Source: Squalus acanthias
Taxonomy: Eukaryota
Length of the DNA: 64,000 nucleotides
Assembly: GCA_030390025.1 (NCBI GenBank)
Contig: CM059431.1
Coordinates: 150,600,001-150,664,000, forward strand
Reading direction: 5' to 3'
The position numbers and the translations under genes are program-made. Of this stretch, positions 35,588-47,458 are shown piece after piece; the first letter of the stretch is position 1, and the number at the start of each line of letters is the position of its first letter. Under the pieces are notes generated by a model. The model was not told where the DNA came from, ran no database searches, and saw nothing but the letters and a program-made list of their open reading frames with translations.

Positions 35588-38370
35588 TCATAGAATCACA
35601 GAATCATGGAATGGTTACAGCACAGAAGGAGGCAATTCGGCCCGTCGAGCCCGTGCTGGATCTCTGCAAGAGCACTTCAGCTAGTCCCACTCCCCCGACC
35701 TTTCCCCGCAGCCCTATTTTTTTATCCTTCAGGTACTTATCAACTTCCCTTTTGAAAGCCACGATTAAGTCTGCCTCCACCACCCTGTCAGGCAATGCAT
35801 TCCAGATCATTAACTGCGGAAAAAAAAGTTTTTCCTCCTGTCGCCTTTGGTTCATTTGCCAATCACCTTAAATCTGTGTCCTCTGGTTCTGGATCCTTCC
35901 GCCAATGGGAATAATTTCTCTCTATCTGCTCTGTCTATACCCGTCATGATTTTGAACAATTCTATCAAGTCTCCTCTCAACATTCTCTGCTCTAACGAGA
36001 ACAACCCCTGCTTCTCCAGTCTGCCCAAGTAACTGAAGTCCCTCATCCCTGGAACCATTCTTGTAAATCTCTTCTGCACACTGTCTCAAGCCTTCACATC
36101 CTTCCTAAATTGTGGCGCCCAGAGTTGGACACAATACTCCAGTTGAGGCCGAATCAGTGTTTTATAAGGGTTCATCATAACATGTAATTCCCCTATTCAA
36201 GAAAGGAGGGAAACAGAAAGCAACAAACTATAGGCCGCTTAGCCTAACATCTGTCATTGGAAAAATGCTGGAATCCATTAATAAGGGAGTAGTAGCAGGG
36301 CGTTTAGAAAATCATAATACAATCAAGCAGAGTCAACATTGTTTTATGAAAGGCAGATCGTGTTTGATAACTTTATTAATTTCTTTGAGGATGTAACGAG
36401 CAGGGTGGGTCAAAGGAAAGCAGTAGATGTAGTGTATTTGAATTTCCAAAAGGTATGGATAATGTGGCATATAAAAGTTTACTGCACAAGATAAGAGCTC
36501 ACGGTGTTGGGGTAATATATTAGCATGGAGAGAGGATTGGCTAACGAACAGATAACAGAGAGTTGGGTAATTGAGTCATTTTCAGCTTGGCAAACTGTAA
36601 CTAGTGGGGTGTCACAGAGATTAGTGCTGAGGCCTCAACTATTTATAATCTATATTAATGACTTGGATGAACGGACCGAGTGTACTGTAGCCAAATTTGC
36701 TAATGATACAAAGATAGATGGGAAAGCAAGTTGTGAGGAGGACACAACCAGTCTGCAAAGAGATATAGATAGTTTAAGTGAGTGGGCAAAATTTTGGCAG
36801 ATGGAGTAAAATGTGGGAAAATGTGAGGTTATCCACTTTGGTAGGAAGAATGGAAAATCTAAATATTATTTAAATGGAGCGAGACTTCATAATGCTGCAG
36901 TACAGAACATAAGAACATTAGAACATAAGAAATAAGAGCAGGACTAGGCCATACGGCCCTCGAGCCTGCTCCACCATTCAATAATATCATGACTGATCAT
37001 CGACCTCAACTCCACTTTCCCGCCCGATCTCCATATCGCTTGATTCCCCTAGAGTCCAAAAATGTATCTATCTCAGCCTTGAATATTCTCAAAGATTCAG
37101 CATTCACAGCCCTCTGGGACAAATAATTCCAAAGATTCACAACCCTCTGAGTGAAGAAATTCCTCCTCATCTCGTTCTTAAATGGCCTACCCGTTATCCT
37201 GAGACTATATGCCCTAGCACTAGACAATCCTAACAGGGGAAACGACCTCTCAGCATCTACCCTGTCAATCCCCTTCAGAATCTTGTATGTTTCAATGAGA
37301 TCACCTCTAATCCTTCTACTCCAGAGAGTATAGGCCCATTCTGGACAATTTATCATCATAGGACAGCCCTCTCATCCCAGGAATCAATCTAGTGACCCTT
37401 CGTTGCACCGCCTCCAAGGCAAGTATACGTCAACGATCTTGCTGTCCTCGTACATGAAACACAAAAGGATACCCTGCAGGTACAGCAAACAATTAAGAAG
37501 GCAAATGGAATTTAGGCCTTTATTGCTAGGGGGAATGAGTATAAAATTCAGGAAGTCTAGCTACAACTGTGCAGGGCGTTGGTGAGGCAACACCTGGAGT
37601 ACTGCCTATAGTTTTGGATACCTTATTTATGGAGGGATTTACTTCCATTGGAGGCTGTTCAGAGAAGGTTCACTAGGCTGCTTCCGGAAATGAAAGGTTT
37701 GTCTTATGAGGAAAGGTTGAGCAGATGGGCCTATACTCATTAGTATATAGAAGAATGAGAGGGGATCTTATTGAAACATGTAAGATGCTGAGGGGTCTAG
37801 ACAGGGTAGATGCTGAGAGGATTTTCCCCCTTGTGGTGGAATCTAGAACTAGGGGGCATAGTTTCAGGATAAGGGGTCGCCCATTTAAGATTGAGATAAG
37901 GAGGAATTTCTTCTCTCAGAGGGTCGTGAATCTTTGGAATTCTCTACCCCAAAGAGCTGTGGAGGCTGAGTCAGTGTTTATATTCAAAGTGAAGATAGAT
38001 GGATATTTGAGCTACAGGCGAGTCAAGAGTTATGGGGAAAAGGCAGGAAAGTGGAATTGTGGAAAAAGATCAGATTAGCCATTATCTTATTGAATGGCGG
38101 AGTAGGCTCGAAGGCTCGAATGGTCTATTCCTGCTCCTATTTCTTATGTTCTTATGTTCTTATGATCCTTGCTTTTGTACTCTGTGCCTCTATTTATGAA
38201 GCCCAGGATTCTGTATGCTTTTTTTAACCCCTTTCTCAACCGGCCCTGTCACCTTCAACAATTTGTGTACATGGACCCCCAGGTCACTCTATTCATGCAC
38301 CCGCCTTTAGGATTGTACCCGTTAGTGTATATTGCCTCTCCTCGTTCTTTGTACCAAAATGGATCACCAA
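35588..38370. mobile_element. Three-level nest of CR1 LINEs (minus 35588-38370 > plus 36182-38165 > minus 36906-37430)
   Basis: Each host resumes at the interrupted position after its insert. Microsatellite tails mark the three 3' ends. Confidence 0.85.
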
Positions 38371-38499
38371 GATATATTGATCGGTGGTCTGATGCCGTTC
38401 CTGTTAGTAAACGGGCAGTCTCTTGCTCAGCATATGTTGCAGCGCACATTCGACAGGCCGAATGGCCTCCTTCTGTGCTGTACTATTGTACGATTATAT

Positions 38500-38650
38500 G
38501 ATCTGGTTATTCTCAAATTGCTGCTAGTGTTTGCTGTGTGCAAATTGGCTGCCGCGTTCCCCCTGATTACAACAGTGACTACACTTCCTTGGCTGTACCG
38601 CACCAGTCGGCCAGATGTGGTGCAAGGCGCTACGTAAATGCAAGTTTTTC
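38500..38650 (+). mobile_element. DeuSINE 3' fragment
   Basis: gctgtgtgcaaattggctgccgcgttcc...aaggcgctacgtaaatgcaag. Confidence 0.7.
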
Positions 38651-38813
38651 TTGCTCTTTCGCGTTATTTTTTCGGCTTTCATTGTCTCTTTCAATCAGCA
38701 TCGCTGCTCATTCAAGTAAGCAAAGTATTTTTAGGGGGAATGGGAAATTTTCTTTCCCGAGAGCCCAGTTTCAGCACTAGATATTTTAAGCGAGATATAT
38801 TACATGACAAATG

Positions 38814-39420
38814 AAAACAGAAAATGATGGAAACACTCAGCAGGCGAGGCAGCATCTGTGGAGAGAGAAACAAAGTTAATGTTACACGTCAATGACTTTT
38901 CATTAGATTTAGTTGTTTAATAATTTCTAAGCATGTACAGAGCCTGGGAAAACATGGGTGGGGGCTGCGGGAAGAAAGCACAAACGGAAAGATCTGTGAT
39001 AGGATGGAAGGCAGATGAGATTAAATCTCAAAAGGGATGGTGATGCAATGAAAAAGGAGGTGGTGATGAGACATTAAAGAAACACAACATGGGTCCAGAG
39101 GAGCTGTAAATGGCAACAACAGAAACATCACCAGCATCAACTCTCCGAGTAAATGGCAGCAGTGGTTATGATCTGAAGTTGTTGATCTCAGTGTTGAGGC
39201 CGGAAGATTAACACTGCTGGATCGAAAGGATGAGGTGAAAGGGCAGGTGTTGCATTTCCTCCGCTAGCTAGGAAGGAGCCAGGGAAGGAGAGCGGATATT
39301 GGGGCTGATGGAACGTTAACTCTGATTCTCTCTCCACAGATGCTTCCTGACCTGCTGAGTGTTTCCAGCATTTTCTGCTTTTCTTTCTGATTTCCAGCTC
39401 CCGCAGTACTTCGCTTTTTT
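38814..39420. mobile_element. Penelope-like remnant with inverted pLTR ends
   Basis: 38814-38883 is the reverse complement of 39312-39382, the same tail as at 570-640. Confidence 0.7.
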
Positions 39421-39437
39421 ATTATGGCTGAGTCAGT

Positions 39438-41148
39438 GACAGCTGTGGCAAAGTTGGCAGCACCCGTTCAGGAAGATGTGCGTTTAAATCCCACTCCAGA
39501 GACTGTGGGGGGTGGGAATGGGGTCAGCCTTCACCTCTGACTCAGTGAGCGGTTCCAATCGCTCCCACGCCCCTGGTTCCTAGACTTTGGACTTATTTAG
39601 GGGTTGTGAACACAGATGCAGAAGACAACAGGTTCTGATGAAATAATGTTGACTTTATTAAAAGAAAAAGTTAACAAACTTAAAACACACTTAATACTTA
39701 AACACAGGTTGGGGAAACACACGGTACTGGCGAGGGTGATTGACAATATACAAAAAAACCTTATCCCTCCTAAAAATCCCACTATCTAGCTAGGTTTTGG
39801 TTTCAGGAGATCAGGAATAATGCTCACCAAACGAATCCTTGACAGTTGAGAGTTAGGGTTTAGAGTCTTTTGAGTAAAAGATTTCGTAAGGCCCTTGTTG
39901 CCGTGAGGTGTCCGATGGTCACTGAGGCAGTCGCTCTGGTTCCTTCTTGTGTGTTGGTCTGTTTGTGAAGTTGTTGGCCTTCTTTTCTCCTCCTCCTCGT
40001 GGCTTGTGGTGTCTTTGCTGGAGCAGAGCAGAGAGAGAGAGAGCTGTGCGAGCGTTGAGAGCGTTGTCGGCGAGTCCAGAGAGAGAGAGTCCTGGGACAT
40101 TAGGCCCCAATTATACTGTCCTTTTCGCGCCCAAAACCCCTTACTAAAACGGTTCCCTTTAGATTTCAAATGAGCCCTGTTTATTCCATTGTCTTAGTTT
40201 TGTCGGGCTTGTCAGTTTCGATGGCTTTAACTTAGTGTTAAACATGGCCTGCTAGCTTCCGATTTAGGCAAGGCCTTTATCTACGCGCCAAACCTTGCCC
40301 CTATTGTCCTAGGTTTTTGGCGGGCTGTCCTGTGGATACCTGGTTGATTGGTTTTTGATGAAATAAATCGGGTTACTAATTGTTTTATTGATTTCAGGCT
40401 TCTGATATCCTGTGTGGGCCTGGGAATTTCAAAAGAGGTCTTGGATTATTCATATTTCGATGTGTGTGTGAGGCTTTTGGGTTTGTCTCTTCCTCCTTGG
40501 CAGGAAGGCAGTGTAACACATTCCCAGACAGCTTGACTGAGCCCCAATACCCAAAGCTGTCCACTGCCTGGCCACGCCCCTCCGCAGACTGTTCGTGTCT
40601 GTGAAAGGTGTATTTCCCAACAGTAAGAATCAAAAAGTAATTTTCCTCAGGGTTTTTCTTCCCAGATCTTTAAAAGTGTCCTAAACTGAGGGTTTTACCT
40701 CAAATCACTTCACTTAGGGTTCTGTTCCAGTTTCTGGGGGATTTTGCGAAGCCTACAAGACTTCAGCACAAACATCTAGGCTGACACTCCAGTGCAGTAC
40801 TGAGGGGACGCTGCCCTGTCAGAGGTGCCGACTTACAGATGAGACCTTAAACCGAGGCCCCTTCTGCTGTCTCAGGTGGACGTAAAAGATCCGATGGCCA
40901 CTATTTCGAAGAAGAGCAGGGGAGTTCTCCCCGCTGTCCAGGCCAATATTTAACCCTCAATCAACATCATTTAAGCAGATTATCTGGTCATTATCACATT
41001 GCTGTATGTGGGAGCTTGCTGTGCACTCATTGGCGGCCACATTACAAAAGTGACTACCCTTCAAAAAAAGCACTTCATTCACTGTAAAGCGCTTTGGAAC
41101 GTCAGCTGGTCGTGGAAGGCGCTATATAAATGCAAGTCTTTATTTACT
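39438..41148 (+). mobile_element. DeuSINE split by the solo LTR (head 39438-39503, body 40758-41148)
   Basis: Joining the halves restores cccactccagagacttcagcacaaacatctaggctgacactccagtgcag, as in the intact copies. Confidence 0.85.
39504..40757 (-). mobile_element. Solo LTR (1254 bp)
   Basis: Begins TG, ends CA and is flanked by the 4-bp duplication AGAC (39500-39503, 40758-40761). Splits a DeuSINE. Minus-strand AATAAA near 39655. Confidence 0.85.
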
Positions 41149-42669
41149 GTCACCTGTAATCTGCTGCCATCATGTGGTTCCCGGCACTGCTGCCGTTCTG
41201 CCAAATCTGAAGTATTCTGTTCCAGGACAGTCACTGTGTATTCCCACATTATTGCAACCGATGCTAGGGCAGAACATACTGTTAAAACAGTATCATAGGA
41301 AGGTAGAACAACTTTGTATGGCATTCATCTGTGAAGTTGTATTCAATAAATATAGCGATATCTGGACTGGCAGCAGCAAGAAAACATCAACGTGTCATCA
41401 TACAAGCTTCAGGATTGCAATACAACCTCGACTGGTTCACTAATTTCCTGCATGAAGCGGAAGCTGTATGATCGTGTTAACTGAGTTGTATGGATTTGGC
41501 CAGCAATTATACATTTTCATGATTAGCATTGGGGGGAACCGGGCAGTCATGGATTGGGCACCCGTTTGCCGCACCCCCCATTTTTCATCTCCAATACCTT
41601 TACACACCAAGAACAAAGCAGTTAGTGAGGAAGTTAGAGCTGCAAAAGATACAAATAAGAGTGAAGCTAATTTATATGAGAACTGAATATTTTCTAAAAG
41701 CATTCGCTAGTGAGGGGGATGCTGATTTGAGATGTCGTTCATTCCAGTTGCTAGAGGGTTTAGAATTCAGTGCAGAGGCAGTTCTCTATAACTTCAAGGG
41801 GAAAGTCCCGAGCATCAACAAATCCGGTGAGCTGGATCAACGCTCATACAGACCGTTCAGAGACATGGTAGTGTAACATTTGCAATATTTACAAGATACG
41901 AAATGTATATCTAAATTGTCCGTGACTATAACAGACAACTCCTGGTACAGGGATATTGTGTATAAGTAAAACAGATTTATTAAGCACTTTACATCCAGTA
42001 CAAGCAAGTAATACTGAACAAGATGATAGTAGCAATCCGTTCCTTGGAACCCCAGTGTGCCAACCGGGTGACTGCGGTGCCATCTCTTTTCTCAGTCTTG
42101 CTGTGTTCTGTTGACTGAAGTTTTCTCTTCTTCTGGTTTCGTGCTGCCTCCACTGTTTAATAGCTGTTCATTTATACCTTTTTGCCCTTCAAAATACATA
42201 GCAACTTGCAGCTGCTTGGCTATCTCACCATCCTGAGCTTCAATTGTACGGTCTATGATTTCCTCACTTTTCCCTGAATGAGCTCTTCTATGAGAACTTT
42301 TACACAAGCAAAGTTCCCACGAATTACGACAGATGTCTTTTGCCTTTCGCATAGCCCATTATCTGGACTGGTCTGAAACTTCAGCGATAAGGGATGTTAG
42401 GTATTGAAAACCCTCTATCTTATTTTGAGACTTAATTAATATTTTGTCCTTCACTGGCTTCTTGTTTTTAACATAACAGAGCTTCTATCTACTTTAGCAC
42501 TATTCTCGCAGTTAACACAATGTTGGCTTAATTTTACCATCATGCTTTGCTTCTCAGCCTTGTGTCTTTTTAACTATGTTATACATATTGTAACAGAGGT
42601 TTTATGCTTCTAACATACCTTATTATATATCATATTATTTTTTTTAAAAGCATTACATTTAAAACATTA

Positions 42670-42873
42670 TCAAAGGGCTCTGGAGACTCAGTCATTGGGT
42701 ATATTCAAAACAGAAGTCGATAGATTTCTGACTAGTAAGGGCATCAAGGGGTATGGTGATAGGGCCGGTGAATGGAGTTGAGGCTGAAGATCAGCCAAGA
42801 TCTCATTGAATGGCGGAGCAGGCTCGAAGGGCCGAATGGCCTACTCCTGTTCCTATTTTTTATGTTCTTATGT
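42670..42873 (+). mobile_element. CR1 extreme 3' fragment
   Basis: 3' UTR gatcagccaagatctcattgaatggcggagcagg and tatgttcttatgt tail. Confidence 0.85.
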
Positions 42874-43274
42874 AAATCCTACATATAAGCTCTATTCTAC
42901 AATCGAGTAGCGGCTACCATTACAGCAACATAATATAATGGACTTGCCTGAAACAGCAAGACCGGAACCACACAAACACAAACTGTACTTGTATTTAAAG
43001 CAAGTGATAAAATAACCTCATCGCTCAGGTCCATTTGTCCATTATCGATGACATATAAAATAATGGAAACTAGCTCATGGTACAAGATAGAGAATCGTCT
43101 TTGTAACAAGAATGCAATGCGAAACTCTCAGGGACAGCTCCTCCTTCTAAAATCCTCTCTATAGACCTTCATATAAAACCAGGAAGTGTGGAAATTATGT
43201 AGGAGTTAAAGTTATGTCGGGCACATGGATTAAGCTCTTGTTTTACTGAATATTTTGTACAGTGGCTTAGAAAG

Positions 43275-43712
43275 TCCAGGAGTGGTAACATTCTCGTCTC
43301 TGAGTCAAAAGGTTGTGGCGTCAGGTCCCACGTCAGAGACTTGAGCACGAATTATCGGCTGACACTCCAGTGCAGTAATGAGGGAGGGCTGCACTGTCGG
43401 AGGTGCCGTCTTTTGGACGTGAAGTTGGACCGAGGCCCCGTCTGCTCTCTCAGGTGGGTGTAAAATATCCCCATGGCACTGTTTCGAAGAAGAGCTGGGA
43501 AGGTCGTCCCGGTGTCCTGCCCAACATTTATCCCTCAATATCATCATTAAAACAAATGATCTGGTTATTATCTCACTGCTGCTCGTTAGAGCTTGCTGTG
43601 TGCAAAATTACCTGCACATTTTCTAAACTTACAACAGTGACTACAGTTCGAAGTAGGAGTTGTGTGGAACGTCCTGAAGTCATGCATAACGCTGTCTAAA
43701 CGCAAGTTCTTA
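43275..43712 (+). mobile_element. DeuSINE (SacSINE1/AmnSINE-like)
   Basis: Head, Deu core (gcactgtcggaggtgccgtctttt) and degenerate tail. Confidence 0.82.
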
Positions 43713-43739
43713 ATTTCTATATTTATTTCATATAAGCAT

Positions 43740-44366
43740 ATGTGATCTTGGGATTCACAATAGAGGTATCGAGTACAAAAGTAAAGAAGTTATGCTGAAA
43801 CTTTGTAAAGAGCTGGTTAGGGCCACAACTTGAGTATTGCGTCCAGTTCTGGTCACCACACTTCAGGAAGGATGCGAGGGCCCTTGAGAGGGTGCAGAGG
43901 AGATGACCATGAATTAGATACAAGGACAGGTTGGAGAAGATGGATCTGTTTTCATTAGAGCAAATTAGGTTGAGGGGTGATTTCTTAGAGGTGTGCACGA
44001 TTACGACGGGCTTGGATAGGCTAGACGGGAAACGGCTGTTCCCACTAGTTGATGGTACAGGGACGAGGGGACACCGATTTAAGGTTTTGGGCAAGAGATA
44101 CAGGGGGGGGGGGGGCGTGAGGAAAAACTTTTTTACACAGTGAGTGGTGATGACCTGGAATTCGCTGCCGATGGAAGTGTTGGAAGCGGAGACACTCAAT
44201 GTTTTCAAGGGGAGACAGGACAGGCACTTGAGGGAAATAAACTTGCAGGGCTACGGGGATAGAGCGGAGGAATGGGACTGACTGGATTGCTCTACAGAGC
44301 GCCGGCACGGACTCGATGGGCCGAATGGTCTCCTTCTGTGCCATTATGACTCTATGACTCTATGAC
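43740..44366 (+). mobile_element. CR1 3' fragment
   Basis: [12 protein letters not shown]...LFSLEQIRLRGD and a (tatgactc)n tail. Confidence 0.88.
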
Positions 44367-44424
44367 AAGGGGGGAAAGTGTACTTCGTACAAAATAGTTT
44401 ACAGATATTTAAAAATGATAAATA

Positions 44425-45012
44425 TAGGGCCGAATTTTAAAACCCCTATGGTTGCATGTGCACGCAACCATAGGGGGCGAGCAAGTGCCGGGTTTAGGCA
44501 CGCGCTGCGCATGCGCTAAAATCCGGCACTTGCGATCTGTCAAGAATCCTCTTGACAGATCCTTCGCATCCCCGGGATATGGGAATCCGCGGGTGGAGAT
44601 TTGCGCTTTTTGCACAACTACCACCTGCTGAAAGCTTGTCAAATTCTTACGCCTTGTAAAAGCAGGTGTAAGGCCTGCTTTTACCAGCATAAGAGTTTTA
44701 CAAAATAGAAAAATAAAATTTAATCACTAATTTATTAGTTAAAATTACTCTTAAAAAAGGTAAGTTTATTTTTAGCCCCGATAAAACATTTAGTTATTTT
44801 TTTCCAAAAAATTAAATTTTTGTTTAATGTTATTTTAATGAATTTTAAATATGTAATTTCAAAAAAATGTATTTAATGTTTTAGTGTGTTTTTAAATGTG
44901 ATCCCCATTCATACATTTGACAGTTCTTTGCCGATGGAACTGTTAAAAGTATGAAGTGGATTCCCTTCTTTCATTAGTTTGCTTGGCCACGTGATCCCAG
45001 GGGCGCTTGCAA
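44425..45012 (+). mobile_element. MITE family copy, truncated by a CR1
   Basis: Starts agggccgaatttt; shares gcgcatgcgc...cttgcgatctgtcaagaatcctcttgacagatc with the 51808 copy. Confidence 0.7.
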
Positions 45013-47458
45013 GGAATATAAAAGAGGATTGTAAAACCTTCTTCAAGTACGTAAAAAGAAAAAGATTAGTGAAGACAAATGTAGGTCAATTGCAGTCAGA
45101 AACGCGAGAATTTATATTGGGAAACAAGGAAATGGATATGCAATGAAACAAATACTTTGGTTCTGTCTTCACGGAAGAGGACACAAATAACTTCCCAGAA
45201 ATGTTAGGGAACTAAGGGTCTAGGGAGAAGGAAGAATTAAAGGAAAATAGTATTAGTAAAGAAACAGTGCTGGAGAAATTAATGGAACTGAAAGCCGATA
45301 AACCCCCAGGGCCTGATAATCTGCATCCCAGGGTACTAAAAGAGGTAGCCGTGGATGCATTGGTTGAATCTTCCAAAATTCTACAGCTTATGGAACAGTT
45401 CTTGCACATTGGAGGGTGGCAAATGTAACCCCACTATTTAAAAAAGGAGGGAGGGAGAAAACAGGGAACTACAGACCGGTTAGCCCAGCATCAGTAGTAG
45501 GGAAAATGCTAAAGTCTATTATAAATGATGTGATAACAGGACACTTAGAAAATATAAACGGGATTAGACAAAGTCAACATGATTTTATGAAAGGGAAAAC
45601 GTTTTTTACAATCTACTGGAGTTTTTTGAGGATGTAACTGGTAGAATAGATAAGGGAGAACCAGTGGATGTGGTGTATTTGGATTTTCAGATGGCCTTTG
45701 ATAAAGTCCCACACAAGAGGTTAGTGTGCAATATTAAAGTACATGACATTGAGGGTAATATATTGGCATGGATTGAAAATTGGTTAACAGACAGAAAACA
45801 GAGAGTAGGAATAAATTCGTCATTTTCGGGGTGGCAGGCGGTGACGGTGGTGCACCGCAGGGATCAGTGCTTGGGCCCCAGTTATTCACAATATATTTCA
45901 ATGATTTTGATGAGGGAACTAAATGTAATATTTCCAAGTTTGCTGACGACACGAAACTAGGTGGGATTGTGAGTTGTGAGGAGGCTGCAAAGAGTCTTCA
46001 AGCCGCTTTAGACAAGTTGAGTGAATGGGCAAATACATGGCAGATGCAGTATAACGTGGATAAATGTGGAAAAACAGAAAGGTAGAGTATTATTTAAATG
46101 GTGATAGATTGGGAAATGTTGATGTACAAAGGGACCTGGGTGTCCTTGTACACCAGTCACTGAAAGCAAACATGCAGCCGCAGTAAGCAGTTAGGAAGGC
46201 AAATGGTATGTTGGCCTTCATTGCAAGAGGATTTGAGTACAGGAGCAAGGATATCTTACAACAGTTTTACAGGGCCTTGGTGAGACCACACTGGAGTACT
46301 GTGTGCAGTATTGGTCTCCTTACCTAAGAAAGGATGTACTTGCCAAAGAGGGAGTGCAGCGAATGTTCACCAGCCTGGTTCCTGGTATTTCAGGACTGTC
46401 GTATGAGGAGAGATTGGGTCGACTAGGCCTGTATTCACTAGAGTTCAGAAGAACGAGAGGTTATCTCATTGAAACGTGTAAAATTCTGACAGGGCTAGAC
46501 AGACTGAATGCAGGGTGGTTGTTTCCCCTGGCTGGAGGGACTAGAACGAGGGGTCACAGTCTCAGGATACGGGGTAGGACATTTAGGACTGAGATGAGGA
46601 GAAATTTCTTCACTCAGAGGGTGATGAACCTGTGGAATTCACTACCACAGAAGGCTGTGGAGGCCAAGTCACTGAATATATTGACGAAGGAGATAGATAG
46701 TTGTCTAGACACAAAAGGATTCAAGGGGTATGGGGAGAGAGCGGGAATATTGTATTGAGATGGAAGATCAGTCATGATCATTTTAAATGGCGAAGCAGGT
46801 TTGAAGGGCCGAATGGTCTACTCCTCCTATTTTTCTATGTTTCTGTTTCTACAAAAGCAGGGAGGTTATGCTTGAACTGTATCAAACACTAGTTAGGCCA
46901 CAGCTAAAGTACTGCGTGCAGTTCTGGTCACCACATTACAGGAAATATATGATTGCACTACAGAGGGTAGAGAGGTGATTTACGAGGATGTTGCCTGGAC
47001 TGGTGAACTTTAGCTACGAGGAAAAATTGGATCGGCTGGGTTTGTTTGCTTTGGAACAGAGGAGGCTGAGGGGAGACCTTATTGAGGTGTATAAAATTAT
47101 GAGGGGCCTAGATAGAATGGATAGACAGGACCTATTTCCTTGAGCAGAGGGGTCAAAAACCAGGGGGCATAGATTTAAAGTAATTGGTAGGAGGTTCAGA
47201 GGAGATTTGAGGGGAAATTTCTTCATCCAGAGGATGGTGGGGGTCTGGAACTCACTGCTTGAAATGGTGGTAGAGGCAGAAACCCTCACTACATTTAAAA
47301 AGTGCTTGGATGTACACTTGATGCGCCTTAACCTACAGTGCTGCCGACCAAGTGCTGGAAAGTGAAATAAGGCTGGGTAGCGCTTTGTCTGCGGCGTGGT
47401 CACGATGGGCCGAAATGTTCTCCTGCCGTGCTGTAAATTTCTATGATTCTATGATTGT
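45013..47458 (+). mobile_element. Two adjacent CR1 fragments (45013-46849 linker-RT-3' UTR; 46850-47458 3' part)
   Basis: ANVTPLFKKGGREKTGNYRPVS, YLDFQMAFDKVPH, FADDTKLGG; two separate tails. Confidence 0.9.
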
